DNA of 64,000 bases. Source: Penicillus capitatus (taxonomy: Eukaryota; Plantae; Chlorophyta). The position numbers and the translations under genes are program-made. Within the stretch, counting starts at the first letter, position 1, and each line of letters starts with the position of its first letter. The notes below the pieces were generated by a model. It was not told the DNA's origin. It did no database searches and saw nothing but the letters and a program-made list of their open reading frames with translations. The stretch lies in contig OZ287696.1 in NCBI GenBank assembly GCA_965649825.1, positions 2,233,724 through 2,297,723 of the forward strand. Direction: 5' to 3'. Positions 26,709 to 39,505 of this stretch are shown in pieces.

Positions 26709-29700
26709 ATGTCGGAAAGCGACGAAGCGGCATTGTTTGCCGAAGCTCGTACACGACTTTATGAGAACGGCCGTCTGCGTTCGGCGTTATGGGATGAGAC
26801 GGGAAGAGTGACGGAAGCTGTAGGGAAGCCAGGTATCCATCGCCTCATAGAAGCATGCTTTCGTCAGATGTGGTATCAGATGTCGTGGAGCGTCATGCTT
26901 CGACGCTGGCGGCGCTGATACTGGAGGCCAATAGCTGCGTTGCTGACCGGGCCCTGCGGCGCGGCGTCGAGCGCGTTCTGCGTCGCGCCCTACGTCAGAC
27001 AACGTTTTTTAAGACCTTCGCCGGGGCGGTTGTTAAGTATGGTTCCACTCACCCACGGGGAAAGAGTGAGAGCTACTACTTAGCAAAATGGATCGTATGG
27101 ATCATGAGGCGACTCTCGCTGCCCGAAAGCCAAAAACCGATTTCGAGACTCCTCCATGTCGCCGGGCGTTGCTTGGATCGACTGCAAGAGCGCGATTTTG
27201 GACGGGCTGCTCGACGATGGCGGCGGCTGGCGGCTACAGATGCGGCATTCCGCAATGAGATGTGGTCCATCGCTGTCGAAACGGGATCGACGTCGCTTTT
27301 GCGATTGGTCTGCGATGCTATCGCCTCTTCGGAGCGCGATCCCCTTCGTCCTGCATTGCTCACACACTACTGCACGAATATCCTTGCATCGAAGACTCCA
27401 CCCACTCCTACCGCCATCTGTGCCTGCAGATCTCTCATAGGATCACTGACTCGGACAGAGTTCGCCGAGACGGTGCTTCCGGCATTGACCCGAGCACTGC
27501 GTCGAAATCCCGAAGTGGTATTGGACATTGCGTGTGCTCTGTTCCGTGATCTGCATTTGGATGTGAGTCTCTTTGGATTGGAGTTGCAGAAATCTCTTCT
27601 CTCACTCATTCGTCACACCAGTGCCACCGTTCAGGCAGACGCCTGTGATGTCCATTCAGCCATCGCAAAGCTCATGAGTGATCGAGACGTTCTGCAACAA
27701 ATGGTCTGTACACTCGAAGACATCGTGAGTGGAAAGAGTGAGGGAAAAGTGAAGAACATCCATGAACGGCTCTCTTTGATCAAGTCCATTGGCGGACTCT
27801 CAGCTTCGCCATCCAAGAAACCAGAATTCAGCTGTCACATCACCACCTCTTTAGCCGCATTATATGAACAAGAGGGTACGCGATGGGACCCTGTCGGAGT
27901 AAGGGAAAGTGGTTATCTGTAGTGAACGATGATGTCAAAGCAGAGGTGCTGAGAAGTACAGGCTTGTGGATGCGATCCTGTCACATCATTGCCGAAGGAG
28001 TGATCAAGATGATCAACGTCGCCTTGGCTGGAAAGGACGCCGTGCGGAACGCAGCATTGGATGCACTGACATCGTGCCGCGACAACACCACCCTCTTCTC
28101 GACAGTCTGCTGACCCCATCCACCTTATCCACTCTATCAACGGTGTCCTCCTCTGCGTCAGGGAGTGCCCTTAGTACCTGCCCTATGTCGAGTGGTGGAG
28201 ATGGGATTGGCTAAACCGGTACATCGTGCAGAGGGCGCATCGGCCCTTTTGCTTCTGGCTTTCATCTCCGCTTCCAATCCTGACTCTGGTTGAGCGCGTC
28301 CCATCATCTTATGGACCGATGGCAAAGACATGTGTGTGGCCGTTGCAGATGACATGATTGAGAAGGCAGATATCTGGAGGCATGCCCTTGCGCCATCTTC
28401 ACCCTTTTTCGATTCGGCTGTCCTTTCAAAATTCTCTGCCCCGACGTGCGAAATCCTGGCGTCCCTCTGCCAACAGCTTCTGCTGCTTCATGTTGTCCGT
28501 GTTGACAGCACACCAGGTCCGAATCCATCCCTCTCTTCTGTTGTATCATCCAGACGTGTGCATGCTCAGGATGTCTCGAACAGCTCTCTCGAGTCTTGGT
28601 CGTCCTCTGTCTCCATGGAAGCACATCTGTGCGAAGGGCATCGTTTGCTGCCGTTTTGCGTTGTCTCGGATCATCGTCCTCCCTCATGCTCAACTTCTTG
28701 GATGCCTTTCAGTATTGGATGCAGTACATGCCAGATATCACGATTCTTGCTGTCTGCCTCTTTTCCAGCAGTCACATCATGAATGGCCTGCGCTTGCAGA
28801 GTGAGAGTGGTGATGGGGATGTACGCGTGGCGCAGAGGGATATCCGTCGACGCTATTCTGAAGCCCTGTCACATCTGCTGCCTTTTGGAATGGATCTCAG
28901 CGGTCCAGTCTTGGCAAAGCTTCTCCTGGCAGCGCATCATCCCTTGATGCAATCTCCCAGAGATGCAGGTGCCACATGGGCCGCTTTCCTCAAGAGACAT
29001 CCAGATATCGTTTCCACACTCGAACGTGAGCATCTCACGAGTCGCCTCCGCATCACAGATGGTGGATGGACAGATTCGCTGGAAGAGATTGTGACAGAAC
29101 TGCAGAGTGAGATAGGACTGAAGAGTAACGATTCCAATCAGGTAACCGCCGCTCTTGTGGCCATCACCACCTGTGCCCGGCGCTTTCCTGCCGAGATCTT
29201 GACACTGCTCTCTCCCTTTCTGCATGAACATCTGGACAAGTGTGTCTGCAACCTCTCTGGTGTCAGAGCCGTGTGGTGGATGTGTTCACAGGTCCGCTGC
29301 AGATGACTTGACAGAACATGACATCTTGATCTTTAAGACGCCCGTTGGCAAACTGTTGGCCGAGTTCGAACAGACGGTCGTCATTGTCCCGGACACCAAG
29401 AAAAAACAAAAGAAAAAGAAACCCAAAGGGAGATATCGCGTGAGGCATTTCGATCATAGCCCCTTTCATTTTAGCCATATTCCTGTGACTCTAGCAAGAG
29501 AAAGTGGCCTTTGCTGAGCAGTCCGATTCTTCTGAAGAGGAAGAGACAGAAACAGTCCTCAAGAACAAACCAACAGAAAAAACCAAGCCTGCTGCCCGAT
29601 CAAAGAAATCCGGCCACTTGGACGCTGCCGAGAGACAGATGGCCTTCAGAGAAAAACAACTGCAGGAAGAAGCCGAAGTACGCCTCTCCTTCAAATCCGG

Positions 29701-32700
29701 CCACTCTTGATCATTCTGATCTCCCTGTCTTCCAGATTCGAAAAGCAGTTATGGATATCCAACGGAGGTTGGAGATTGGACTGAAGACTCTGGCGGCTTT
29801 GATTCAAGGAAACATCACGTTCGCTGCCGACCACATTGAGCAATTCTCAGACTTTGTCCTTCCTCTTCTGACCTCCGAGCTCGTCGGTTCGTCCTTACCG
29901 AATACGAGCGTATGCAGAACGGGTGATGGAGTTGCAGGAGAGGGAGCCGCTTTTGAAGTAGCAAAAGCTTTGGCCATGAGCCTACCCGAACCTCTCCATC
30001 TGATACCCCTCGATGTGGCCGTCGTCTTGCGAATTGTCTCACTCCATGAGCACAATGGATCGATCTCTTACGAAGAGATCCTGCAACACAGTTCTATGCT
30101 ATCGGTCATGCAGGGCATGAGTGCGCTCGAAACGCAAAGTACTGAGAAACCTGCCGCTGTCCGTATGTGCTGATGAATGGCGATGCAGGTGGTGGTGCTT
30201 TTTTCTTACTTGTGCCGATTCTGAGAATTGCCTTGCGCTCGGTGCACTCTCCTTTCTTCGATGGCGCATTAAAATGTCTGACGGATCACTGTGCGCCTGG
30301 AGAGCGTCTTCCACGATCAGCGATCTTTGATCTCCTCTACCTCGTTCTCTCGCACAGCCCTGCCCTAAAGTCTGTCTTCTCCCATTGTCCATTCACAGGA
30401 GCTCAATGCGATGTCTTCTCAGAAGTACCGTCGTGGGTGCTCTGAAACAGCTGTGTCTGGATCTGCTGGATAATGAGCTGTCCGCTTTGCTCGAGGGTCT
30501 GCTCTTCGCCAGCCCTGCTGTCCGTGCGGCTGCCTTGGAGGCATTGTCTCTAGTGCCGGCCTTAACAACCGGGATGTCGCTGGAAGATGACAAGATTGCT
30601 TCTCTGTTGCTCTTGGCATGTCATGACGTCGATCCACAGAACGCCACACGTGCTCAGGAGTTGCATGCAATCTCCAGAGCATCTATTACAGAAGAACAGA
30701 TGGATATCTTGTATCCACTCATGGGACACGAGACAGACGACATCCGCCATGCAACGGTCGGAGCATTGGGCGAATTTCTGGAAACGCACCCACGCAAAAC
30801 GCAACGGCTCATCGTCATGGTCATCGACACACTCAAAGGTCGAGGCCCTCTGCCATCCACCTACACTTCTATGTCTGGTTCAGGTGATTGCAGTCGAGAG
30901 TGGTTTCTGGGCGGTGCTCTGTTCTTTGAGTTATGTGGGAAGCTCTTTGCGCCGGCTCAGACCAAAATGGCCGTCGATTTTCTCTTGACTCATGGACTGA
31001 CCCATCCTGACGATGTGATCCGTGAGAAAATGGTCGTTGCGGGACTGGCTCTTGTCGATGCCTACGATCCCCGCGATCTCGATGTTCTCTTTGAACTGGT
31101 GGATCAGAAACTGGAAGAAGCAAAGGATCACGAACGCAACACCACAACCGATGATCACATGCGAGAAGGCGCCATTGTTCTGCTGGGCTCATTGGCCAAG
31201 CATCTCAGCCCAGATGACACACGTGTCAAAGACATCATTGCCAATTTGCTGGACGTTCTCTCCACCCCTGCCGAATCCGTCCAGCGTTCCGCATCCATCT
31301 GTCTATCTCCGCTAATGGCCAAATGCCAGTCCGATGCAGCATACGCGACTGAGATCGTCACGAGGCTGAAGAAACAAGTGGCAGAGGGGACAGACTACGG
31401 ACAGCGACGCGGAGCTGCCTATGGCGTTGCCGGAGTGGTCAAAGGATGCGGCATCAGTGCTCTCAAGAACTACCAGATCATGGATACACTGATGGCCTAT
31501 GTTGAAGACAAGGCCAATGCAGCAGCACGGGAAGGGGGCATCTCGGCATTCGATTGCTTGAGTCAGCGACTGGGGAAGCTCTTTGAGCCATACGTCATTC
31601 ATATTCTTCCCATTCTCCTGACCTGCTTCGGAGATGCAGCTCTGTCCGTGCGCCAGACCACAGCCGAAGCATCCAAGACCATCATGCACAATCTCTCTGC
31701 TCCCGGAGTCAAACTCGTTCTGCCTTTGCTGATGAAAGGACTGGAGGAAAAGGCGTGGAGAACGAAGCAGGGGAGTATTCAGTTGTTGGGTGCCATGGCT
31801 TGGTGTGCACCTAAGCAGCTCTCGACCTGTTTGCCAGCAATCGTCCCAAAGCTCATTACTGTCTTGGCCGATCCGCATCCCAAAGTGCACTCCGCTGCCG
31901 AATGTGCTTTGGAAGAGGTCGGTTCGACGATACGCAATCCGGAAGTGCAACAGCTGGTGCCAGATATCCTCAGTGCCATTGCCTATCCCTCAAAGAACAC
32001 CGTGAGCTGTTTGGAGAAGCTTTTGGAATCGCGATTCCAGAACACCATCGACGCTCCCAGTCTGGCATTGATCGTTCCAGTGGTGCATCATGGACTGAAA
32101 GACAGGACGGGAGAGAACAAGAAACGCGCGGCCAGAATTGTCCAGAATCTTTGCAAACTGGTGAACGATCCCAAAGACATGGACCCCTACATTCACCTTC
32201 TGCTGCCCGAGCTCAAGAAAGGCATCGTGGATACGTTGCCGGACGTCCGTGCCCAGGCCTCCAAGGCATTGAGTGGACTGATGTATGACATGGGTAAAGA
32301 GGCGCTTGATGAAGTGATGCCCTGGCTTCTGGAAACGCTGGAATCGAAATCTTCTGCCGTCGAGCGATCCGGTGCCGCTCAGGCCGTCGCCGAAGTGCTG
32401 GCCGTTTTTGGCGATGCCTATTTTGAGAGTCTCTTGCCAAAGATCTTGCAGAACTGCTCTTCAGCGAACGCCATTCTCCGCGAAGGTGGCATCGCCGTCC
32501 TGCGTTTCCTCCCCTTCAGCATGCCAGATCTCTTCCAGAGCAAACTGGACGTCGCCCTCCCTTGCATTCTGGATGGACTGGCAGATGAGAACGAATCGGT
32601 ACGGGATATCAGTCTGGGAGCTGGACGGACATTGGTCGATGTCTATGCTCAGACATCGCTTCCTGTCATCTTGCCAGCTGTCGAGAAAAGCCTCTTCCAT

Positions 32701-35568
32701 GCCAACTGGAGAATTCGACAGAGCTCCGTCGAGTTGCTCGGCAATTTGATCTTCAAAGTCGCCGGGACGTCGGGGAAGATCAAACTCGATGGAGGATCGG
32801 ATGATGAGGGTCCAGCCACACAGAGCTGTGGACGAAATCTGATCAAGGCTTTGGGACTTGAACGCCGCAATGCCGTTCTGGCAAAGCTCTATATCGCACG
32901 GTCGGATGTCCAACACCCTGTTCGCACAGCAGCCTTGCACATTTGGAAGACCGTGGTGGTGAACACGCCCAAAACGCTGATGGAGATGTTAACTGCCTTG
33001 ATGGATTTGATTATCGAGATGCTGGCGTTTGGTGAAGAAGACAGTCGACAGACCTCGGCGCGTTGCCTGGGAGAGCTCGTTCGCAAAATGGGCGACCGAT
33101 TTCTGCCCAAGATCATTCCGATCATGGAATCGTGTTTTTCGTCTGAGAGCATCGAGACGAGGGAAGGGGTGTGTTATGGACTGAGAGAATTGCTGGACAG
33201 TCTGAGCAATGCACAGATGGCAGAGTATCTCCCTGTTCTGCTGCCGACGATCCAATCCACCTTGTGTGACGAGAACTCCGCTGTGCGCATCTCCTTTCCT
33301 CTCTGTCATCATCATCTTGTTTTCAGGTTCGTGAGGCGGCGGCTGTGGCATTCGATGCTCTGTTTAAGGCAGGCGCCAGTTCCGTCGTGGAGTCCGTGAT
33401 TCCAGACCTTATGCACAAACTCGAGCAGGAGAAGATGAGTGATCAGGCGCTGGAAGGATTGAGAGTGATCTTGTCCATTCGACCTCACACTTTTGAAAAC
33501 ATGATTCCGAAGCTCCTGAGAGATCCCACGACGTCACGAAGACTGACGGCATTCGGTGCATTGGCAGAGGTCGCGCCTGGAGCATTGAGAGCACATCTGG
33601 CGTTTCTCCTCAGACATCTGATGAAGATCGGCAGCGAAACGAGCGACGCCACGGAACGCATCACAGCCGCCAGAGAAGCTGGGAAGAAGGTACGGCTTCG
33701 TTCTCTCCTGACCACCCGATCAGGGTCTGGATGCAGGTGATGCGCGTGTACCCTGAAGACCACCTTCAGTCTCTCGTGGCCGAATTGAAGAAGGGTCTGG
33801 AAGACAGTTCCCTTCGCCTCTGTGCCTCGATCTTGATAGCAGCATTGGCCGATGCTCGGCCCATTACGGATTACGTCGAGTCGCTCTTGCAGTCTTTGGT
33901 TTCTCTTATGAGTGAGGAAGATCCTGTCGTCTTGACGGAATGCTGGAAGGCAATGCGGTCCGTTGCGGGAACCGTGGCCAAAGAGATGCGCCCAACCTTC
34001 GTTCGGTTTGTCACTCTTTTTCTCACTCTTTATTTTGACGGCCATTGCATTTCAGCGTGCTCAGCGATGCCGTCGATACGGCTAAAGAGAGAGAACGGAG
34101 AAAAGACCCATCAAAGACTGCCATTATCGTTCCAGGCTTCTGCCTTCCCCAAGGCATCGCCCCTATTCTGCCTTTCTATATCGAAGGCGTCCAGGCATCC
34201 CCGTCTTGTCATGTGTGCAAAACCCGTTGACGATATGTCATATAGGGAGCATCGGGTGATCTGAGAGAATCGTCTGCTACAGGATTGGGCGATTTGGTGT
34301 TTGTCATGGATGCTGCATCACTGAAGCCCTTTGTCGGGTTGATCATGGGTCCACTGATCCGCATCATCAACGATCGTTTTCCATGGCAAGTCAAACTGGC
34401 CATTCTGAAGACGATGGGACAGCTGATCTCGAAGGCTGGGGATGAGATGCGCAAATTTGTGGCCGCCTTGCAGCCCATTTTCCTCAAATGTTTGCCAGAT
34501 CCGACAGAATCGATCCGAGACAGCGCCGCCAAAAATCTCGGCCACTTGACTCGATTGAGTCCACGTATTGACCCTCTGATCAACAACCTCGGCACTTTTG
34601 CTGTCAAAACGGAACCTCCCATGCGCAATGCCTATCTCACCGCTATGGCTGAAGCCCTGACAATCAGCGGCGAAAAAATCTCGCCGCCTGTCCTGCAGAA
34701 AACAGGGACCGTTCTTCTGGACCTTCTCTCCTCTACAGGTCATCTACCTGATGATGTGACAGGTGGATAACATGTGTATGCATGGTAGATGAAAACGAAG
34801 ACAACACGATTGCCTTGGCGGTCTGCTTTGGCAGCTTCTGCAAACACTGTGCGGCAGAGACCATGATCGATGTGTTACAGAAGCGGCTCTCAGAGAACGC
34901 AGCGATCTGGACAGAACGTCTCTTGACAGCGGTTCTGATGGCAACGATTGCGAAACACAGCACGCAACGACTTCAAGAAACGGAGCTCCTTCCACTCTTC
35001 ATCGAGGCCTTGACCAAGGTCTCCATCTCGCATACATGCCTCGTCCTTCACCTCTGTTTCTCAGTTTGCCAGAGATGACAGTATTCCTGTCAAGAAAGCA
35101 GCTTGTCGCGTGGCTGCTCGATTGTTCATGTCAGACAAGAGCGAAGCAGCATCCCAAGCTGCCGTCTTTGTCCTGGTCACCTGTCTCAGTCCCGATCAGA
35201 ACACGGACATCCATGAAGAAGGTCTGCACCTCTCTTCTGCATCCACGCGTCCATACCGACGGTGCTGTTCTTTAGCCCTGAAGTCCATTCAGTGGATCTG
35301 TGCCGATGATGCTGAGCGAATGAAAACGCATCTGAAAGAGATCGTCCCGTTGCTCTGTGCCATGGCTCGCGATGCGGCAGGTTCTAAGAAAGCTGCGTGC
35401 GAGACAGCCATTGCATTGATTCTGGATCTGGGCGACGGATTCGACACCGTGCATACCTTTCTGGCAGACAACCCTGGAGCGACAGCCAAATCTCTCCTGA
35501 CCGAGCCTTATCTTCGCAGAATCCAGCGGTTGACCAAACCCACCGAACACGAGAGCGAGACCTACTGA
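26709..35568 (+). CDS. GCN1: GCN1/ILITYHIA HEAT-repeat translational activator
   Basis: RRGAAYGVAGVVKGCGISALK, FEPYVIHILPILL, WRTKQGSIQLLGAMAWCAPKQLSTCLP, IDAPSLALIVP, WRIRQSSVELLG, GPLIRIINDRFPWQVK. About 20 short introns. Confidence 0.96.
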
Positions 35569-35574
35569 CAGATG

Positions 35575-35579
35575 TGTAA
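35575..35579 (+). terminator. Chlorophyte-type TGTAA polyadenylation signal
   Basis: TGTAA just after the GCN1 stop. The same motif follows the DeSI stop (25213-25217) and the PRMT10 stop (52704-52708). Confidence 0.5.
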
Positions 35580-35790
35580 ACACGCATCACATTGCATAGA
35601 AACGCACGAACAGCATCATCACGTCGATCTCGCTCCCCGCCATCACCAACCACTGCCCTTCGCCGTCTCTTTCATCGTCGTGGCATAGTTGTATGGGGTC
35701 TTCTGTCCTGGACAGAAATCAAGGCCAGCAGTCTATTGGTGCATGACAGCATCGCATGTTGACGAGAGTCCCTGTCGTTTGTTTAGAGAG

Positions 35791-37243
35791 ATGTTCATCG
35801 CTGCGTTGCGATGCGGCACTCGGGCTTTACGTGATCAACGCGCATTCGACGGAATCTGCCACGCATACCATGCCGTTGTCTATCGGCAAAACGGCAATCC
35901 CCAAGACGTGCTGTCGTATGAAGAGCTGCCACGGAAGGAAGAGATCGGCAAAGACGAGATCCGACTGAAAATCTTGGCCGTCATACAACAACACCGATCT
36001 TCGCTTCCCTGACGAAGGTCTCCGCGACAGGCGCCCCTAAACCCAGCCGATATCAATACGATCTTCGGATCGTATCCCTTGGCGCCTCCAGAAGACTCGG
36101 AGACGTTTCCACACATTCCCGGACACGAAGGCGTCGGATGCCTCATAGAAAAGGGCTCCGAGGTCTCTCCTTTTAGCCAAGTCACGATTACTGCAGGATT
36201 TGGATTCTGTGGTGAGGTTGAGGGACTGGCCTGTGGTGATTTGCTCATACCTCTGGCCTCACACCAAGGCACGTGGACGGAAGAGGGTGTGTACAAAGCT
36301 CGGTATTGGCACAAGATTTCAAACAGCTTTCCGATAGACATGGCTGCGACACTGGCCATCAAGTCTGAATCCTCTCGTGCCCACTCTCTATGTAAAGGCC
36401 TTCTGACACAGTCCGCCTACCGCGTGGTGTCTTATACATGATTTTGTGTCTTTGAATGCCGGAGATGTGATCGTGCAAAACGGAGCGACGAGTGCGGTGG
36501 GTCAGTATGTTATCCAGATGGCACGGGTGCTCGGTATCCAGACGGCCAACATCATCCGCAACAGGAACGTCCTCCACGTTTTCTCTCACTCTTTTAGTGG
36601 CGGCAAAATGTGTTAGACCACATCGCAAAGAAACGATGGAGTATCTTCAGTCCCTTGGGGCAACGATCGTTGCATCAGAAGACAACATCCGACCTGCCAT
36701 GTGTATGTCAGATGCATCGATGTCGTCATAGTGTGATATGAAAGAGTGAGATGGTATGTAGATGCAACTGATCTTCCTCTGGGGAGCTTAGGACTGAACG
36801 GCATCGGTGGCAAACACATCGGCCTTCTTACCAAACACCTCAAGTCAGAGATGGGTATCGTCGTTTTGCTCATGTCTGTGTCTTGTAGGCAGTCCTCGAC
36901 GGTTGTGACCTATGGTGGCATGTCCAAGCTGCCGCTATCGATTCCCAATGGCTCCTTCATTTTCAAAGATCTCACATTCAAAGGGTTCTGGTGGTCGGGT
37001 CACACATCGCAGAAGCTCGGCTTTCAACAGAAGGCGCAGCTCATCGATCGCATCGCCGATTTCATTCAGCAGCATAAACTGACCATCCGGTGAGCAGCTC
37101 TCTATCCACCAGAAGACACACGACTAGCCATGTTGATCAGGTGTAAGAGGTATGCACTCTCAGATTACAACGCAGCCCTTGCCGTACACACAGAGCCATT
37201 CAGAGAGAGCAAAATCCTCTTTATACCAGACACATCTAAATGA
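35791..37243 (+). CDS. MECR: Mitochondrial trans-2-enoyl-ACP/CoA reductase
   Basis: APLNPADINTIFGSYP, PGHEGVG, INPPTAW..DFVSLNAGDVIVQNGATSAVGQYVIQ, LGLNGIGG, VVTYGGMSK, FIFKDLTFKGFW. Confidence 0.93.
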
Positions 37244-38113
37244 CACTGTCTTCTCGCGTCAAGAAATCTGGATCTCTTTTGAATTTCTCCTCGAAACGCT
37301 TATACCATCTACACACGGGGCAAGTGCGAGTGGAGCGAATGGGGAAGAGGTAGGAGAGGGCACCGTTCGAAGACATTGGCAGGGACGATGAGCTTATCAC
37401 CGTTCTGTGTCGTGCCAAACGATCCCATGAAGGTGTAGAGGTTCATTGCCACACGTTTGGCAAAGTTGGCCTTGGAACCGACGATCGTTGCCTCTCTGCC
37501 CATCACTTCCGACATCGGTTCAACAGACAGACCAATCTGGGCGTCCCTTGTGCGCAGAGCTGTCTCTGTCCACTGCAACAGCACGGATCACAAAACAGCA
37601 GATCCCGGGAGCCTTGAGGCAGGACGAGACAACGCAGGTGATGTCGTTTTGGATACAAGAACAGAAAGATGGGCAGGATGTCTTTCATTTCGCCGTCCAA
37701 AACGTCTCCTTTTGCAAAATGACTGTCCCGGAATTCTCAGAAATCCAGAGATAATTAATTTTGCGTGGATATGGGAAGGCGCTGTGTGATCCTACCTGCA
37801 AAGGAAAGACCTCCGAGACACGATTGGCCGAAATGAAGCCACGATAGGACCAGTCATTGCCGCTCTTGATATAGAGACAGAGCGCTTGGTCGGGAGCCAA
37901 CTGAGTGGGATTGTTGAGAAACAGGCAGATATCGCGTACAGCTGTGAGGTCCTGAAACTTGTCTCCTACTCCCAAAACCTCCACGACAGTGTCAGGCATC
38001 TTGCCTGGGGAAGGCGTTGTCCATACCCAGTGGGTGGGGTCGATAGGTGTACACACTTCGTTCGTCAATGCACCGGTGTGGCCGATGAAGCACAGGCCGA
38101 ACAGAAACGACAT
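37236..38113 (-). CDS. HIKESHI: Hikeshi/OPI10 (DUF775) family protein
   Basis: FGLCFIG, ICLFL...LAPDQALCLY..DWSYRGFISANRVSEVF, AQIGLSVEP, FAKRVAMNLYTFMGSF, ERWYKRFEEKFKRDPDF. Confidence 0.88.
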
Positions 38114-38256
38114 GGCATCGGTTGAAGCGTTTGATGATATTTCAATTAAGTGCCGTAGCGTCGAGGGCCGCGGCTGCGCAGGGATGCGGGGGGCAGGGAT
38201 GGTTAGAGAGACAACGGCGTGTAAGGATGAGGGGATTTGTGGGAGACGGTTCCAAA

Positions 38257-39298
38257 ATGGCCGCCGAGTTTCATACCACAGATTTTGAGTGAGACATATC
38301 ATACCTCTTGTGACAGACGCACTGAGGACCACCTCATTACCTAGATGGGCAGAATTGTATCGAACCGTGGGCGGCACACTCGAACAGAGAGTAACCGTAA
38401 GGCCCCTGGGAAAGCAGAGGACTGTCTGATGTGACAGATGGTATTGCCAGTTGCCGGATCGAGATGTGCGGGAGCGATCGGGAACTGAGGCATGGGAAGC
38501 ATTCTATGTTACGCATGGCGAGCCGCGTTTCTTCAAAGAACGACGTTATCTTGCGCTTGCCTTTCCATGCCTGGAACAGGAAGATCCGCCGATCACTGTC
38601 CTGGACATGGGCAGCGGATATGGATCGTCAATGCTTCCGCTACTCAAGGCATGGCACGCTGCGTTCGACAGGACGCGTGAGCATTGCTGTTTGATGTGAC
38701 AGGCAAATAGGACCTGTCGCTGTCATGCCATCGATGCCAGTCCAACAGCACTCGCTCTACTACATCGAGCAGCTGAACGCGCAAACATCCCGTCCCATCG
38801 CTTCACGACGTCCTGCATGGACATCTCATGTCCTTCCCTCACGACACACTCTTTCCCGGCCAGAAATACAATGGACTATGCATTGATGGTATGATCGAGA
38901 TGTCCTATCTCTCTGTCTCCATATGCTGATGGACATGGGTCATGTCATAGGTCTTTGTTCTGTCTGCTCTGCCTCCCGATGCGATGCCCACGGCGCTGAG
39001 CAATGCCTATGCGCATCTAGCCATTGGTGGGAAGCTGCTGTTTCGTGACTACGGTTTCTGCGACATGTCACAGTTGCGTTACACTTCCGAGCAGATCCTC
39101 AGTCCACAGCACTACATAAGGAAGGACGGCACATTGGCCAGCTACTTCAAAAAATCAGATATCATAGAAATGGCAGAGGCTTGTGGTTTTGTCACAGAGG
39201 TCTGCGAATACCATTGCCTTTTACTTCGAAATCGAAGACAGGGACACGACATGAAACGTGTGTTCGTTCATGGCATCTTCCGCAAAAGCGAAGAATAG
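38257..39298 (+). CDS. METTL6: tRNA m3C methyltransferase METTL6/METTL2-like
   Basis: MAAEFHTTDFE, WEAFY...FFKERRYL, VLDMGSGYG, FVLSAL, GGKLLFRDYGFCDMSQLRY, YIRKDGTLASYF, NRRQGHDMKRVFVHGIF. Confidence 0.88.
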
Positions 39299-39505
39299 TA
39301 TCATTTGACTTTCTCCCGTCTTTAAGACGCCTCGCTGCTTTGCGGCCTATCCAGACAAAACACCCTTTCCGTGGCGGTTGATATTTCACCGTGCAGAATC
39401 CGAGGTTGCTCGTTGGCATTCTATCCACCTATGTGACCCATGTCTATCCCTTTGCTTAGATTCACTTTTTTCTAACAAGCGCCTATCGTTGTTCGCCTTG
39501 TTCAA

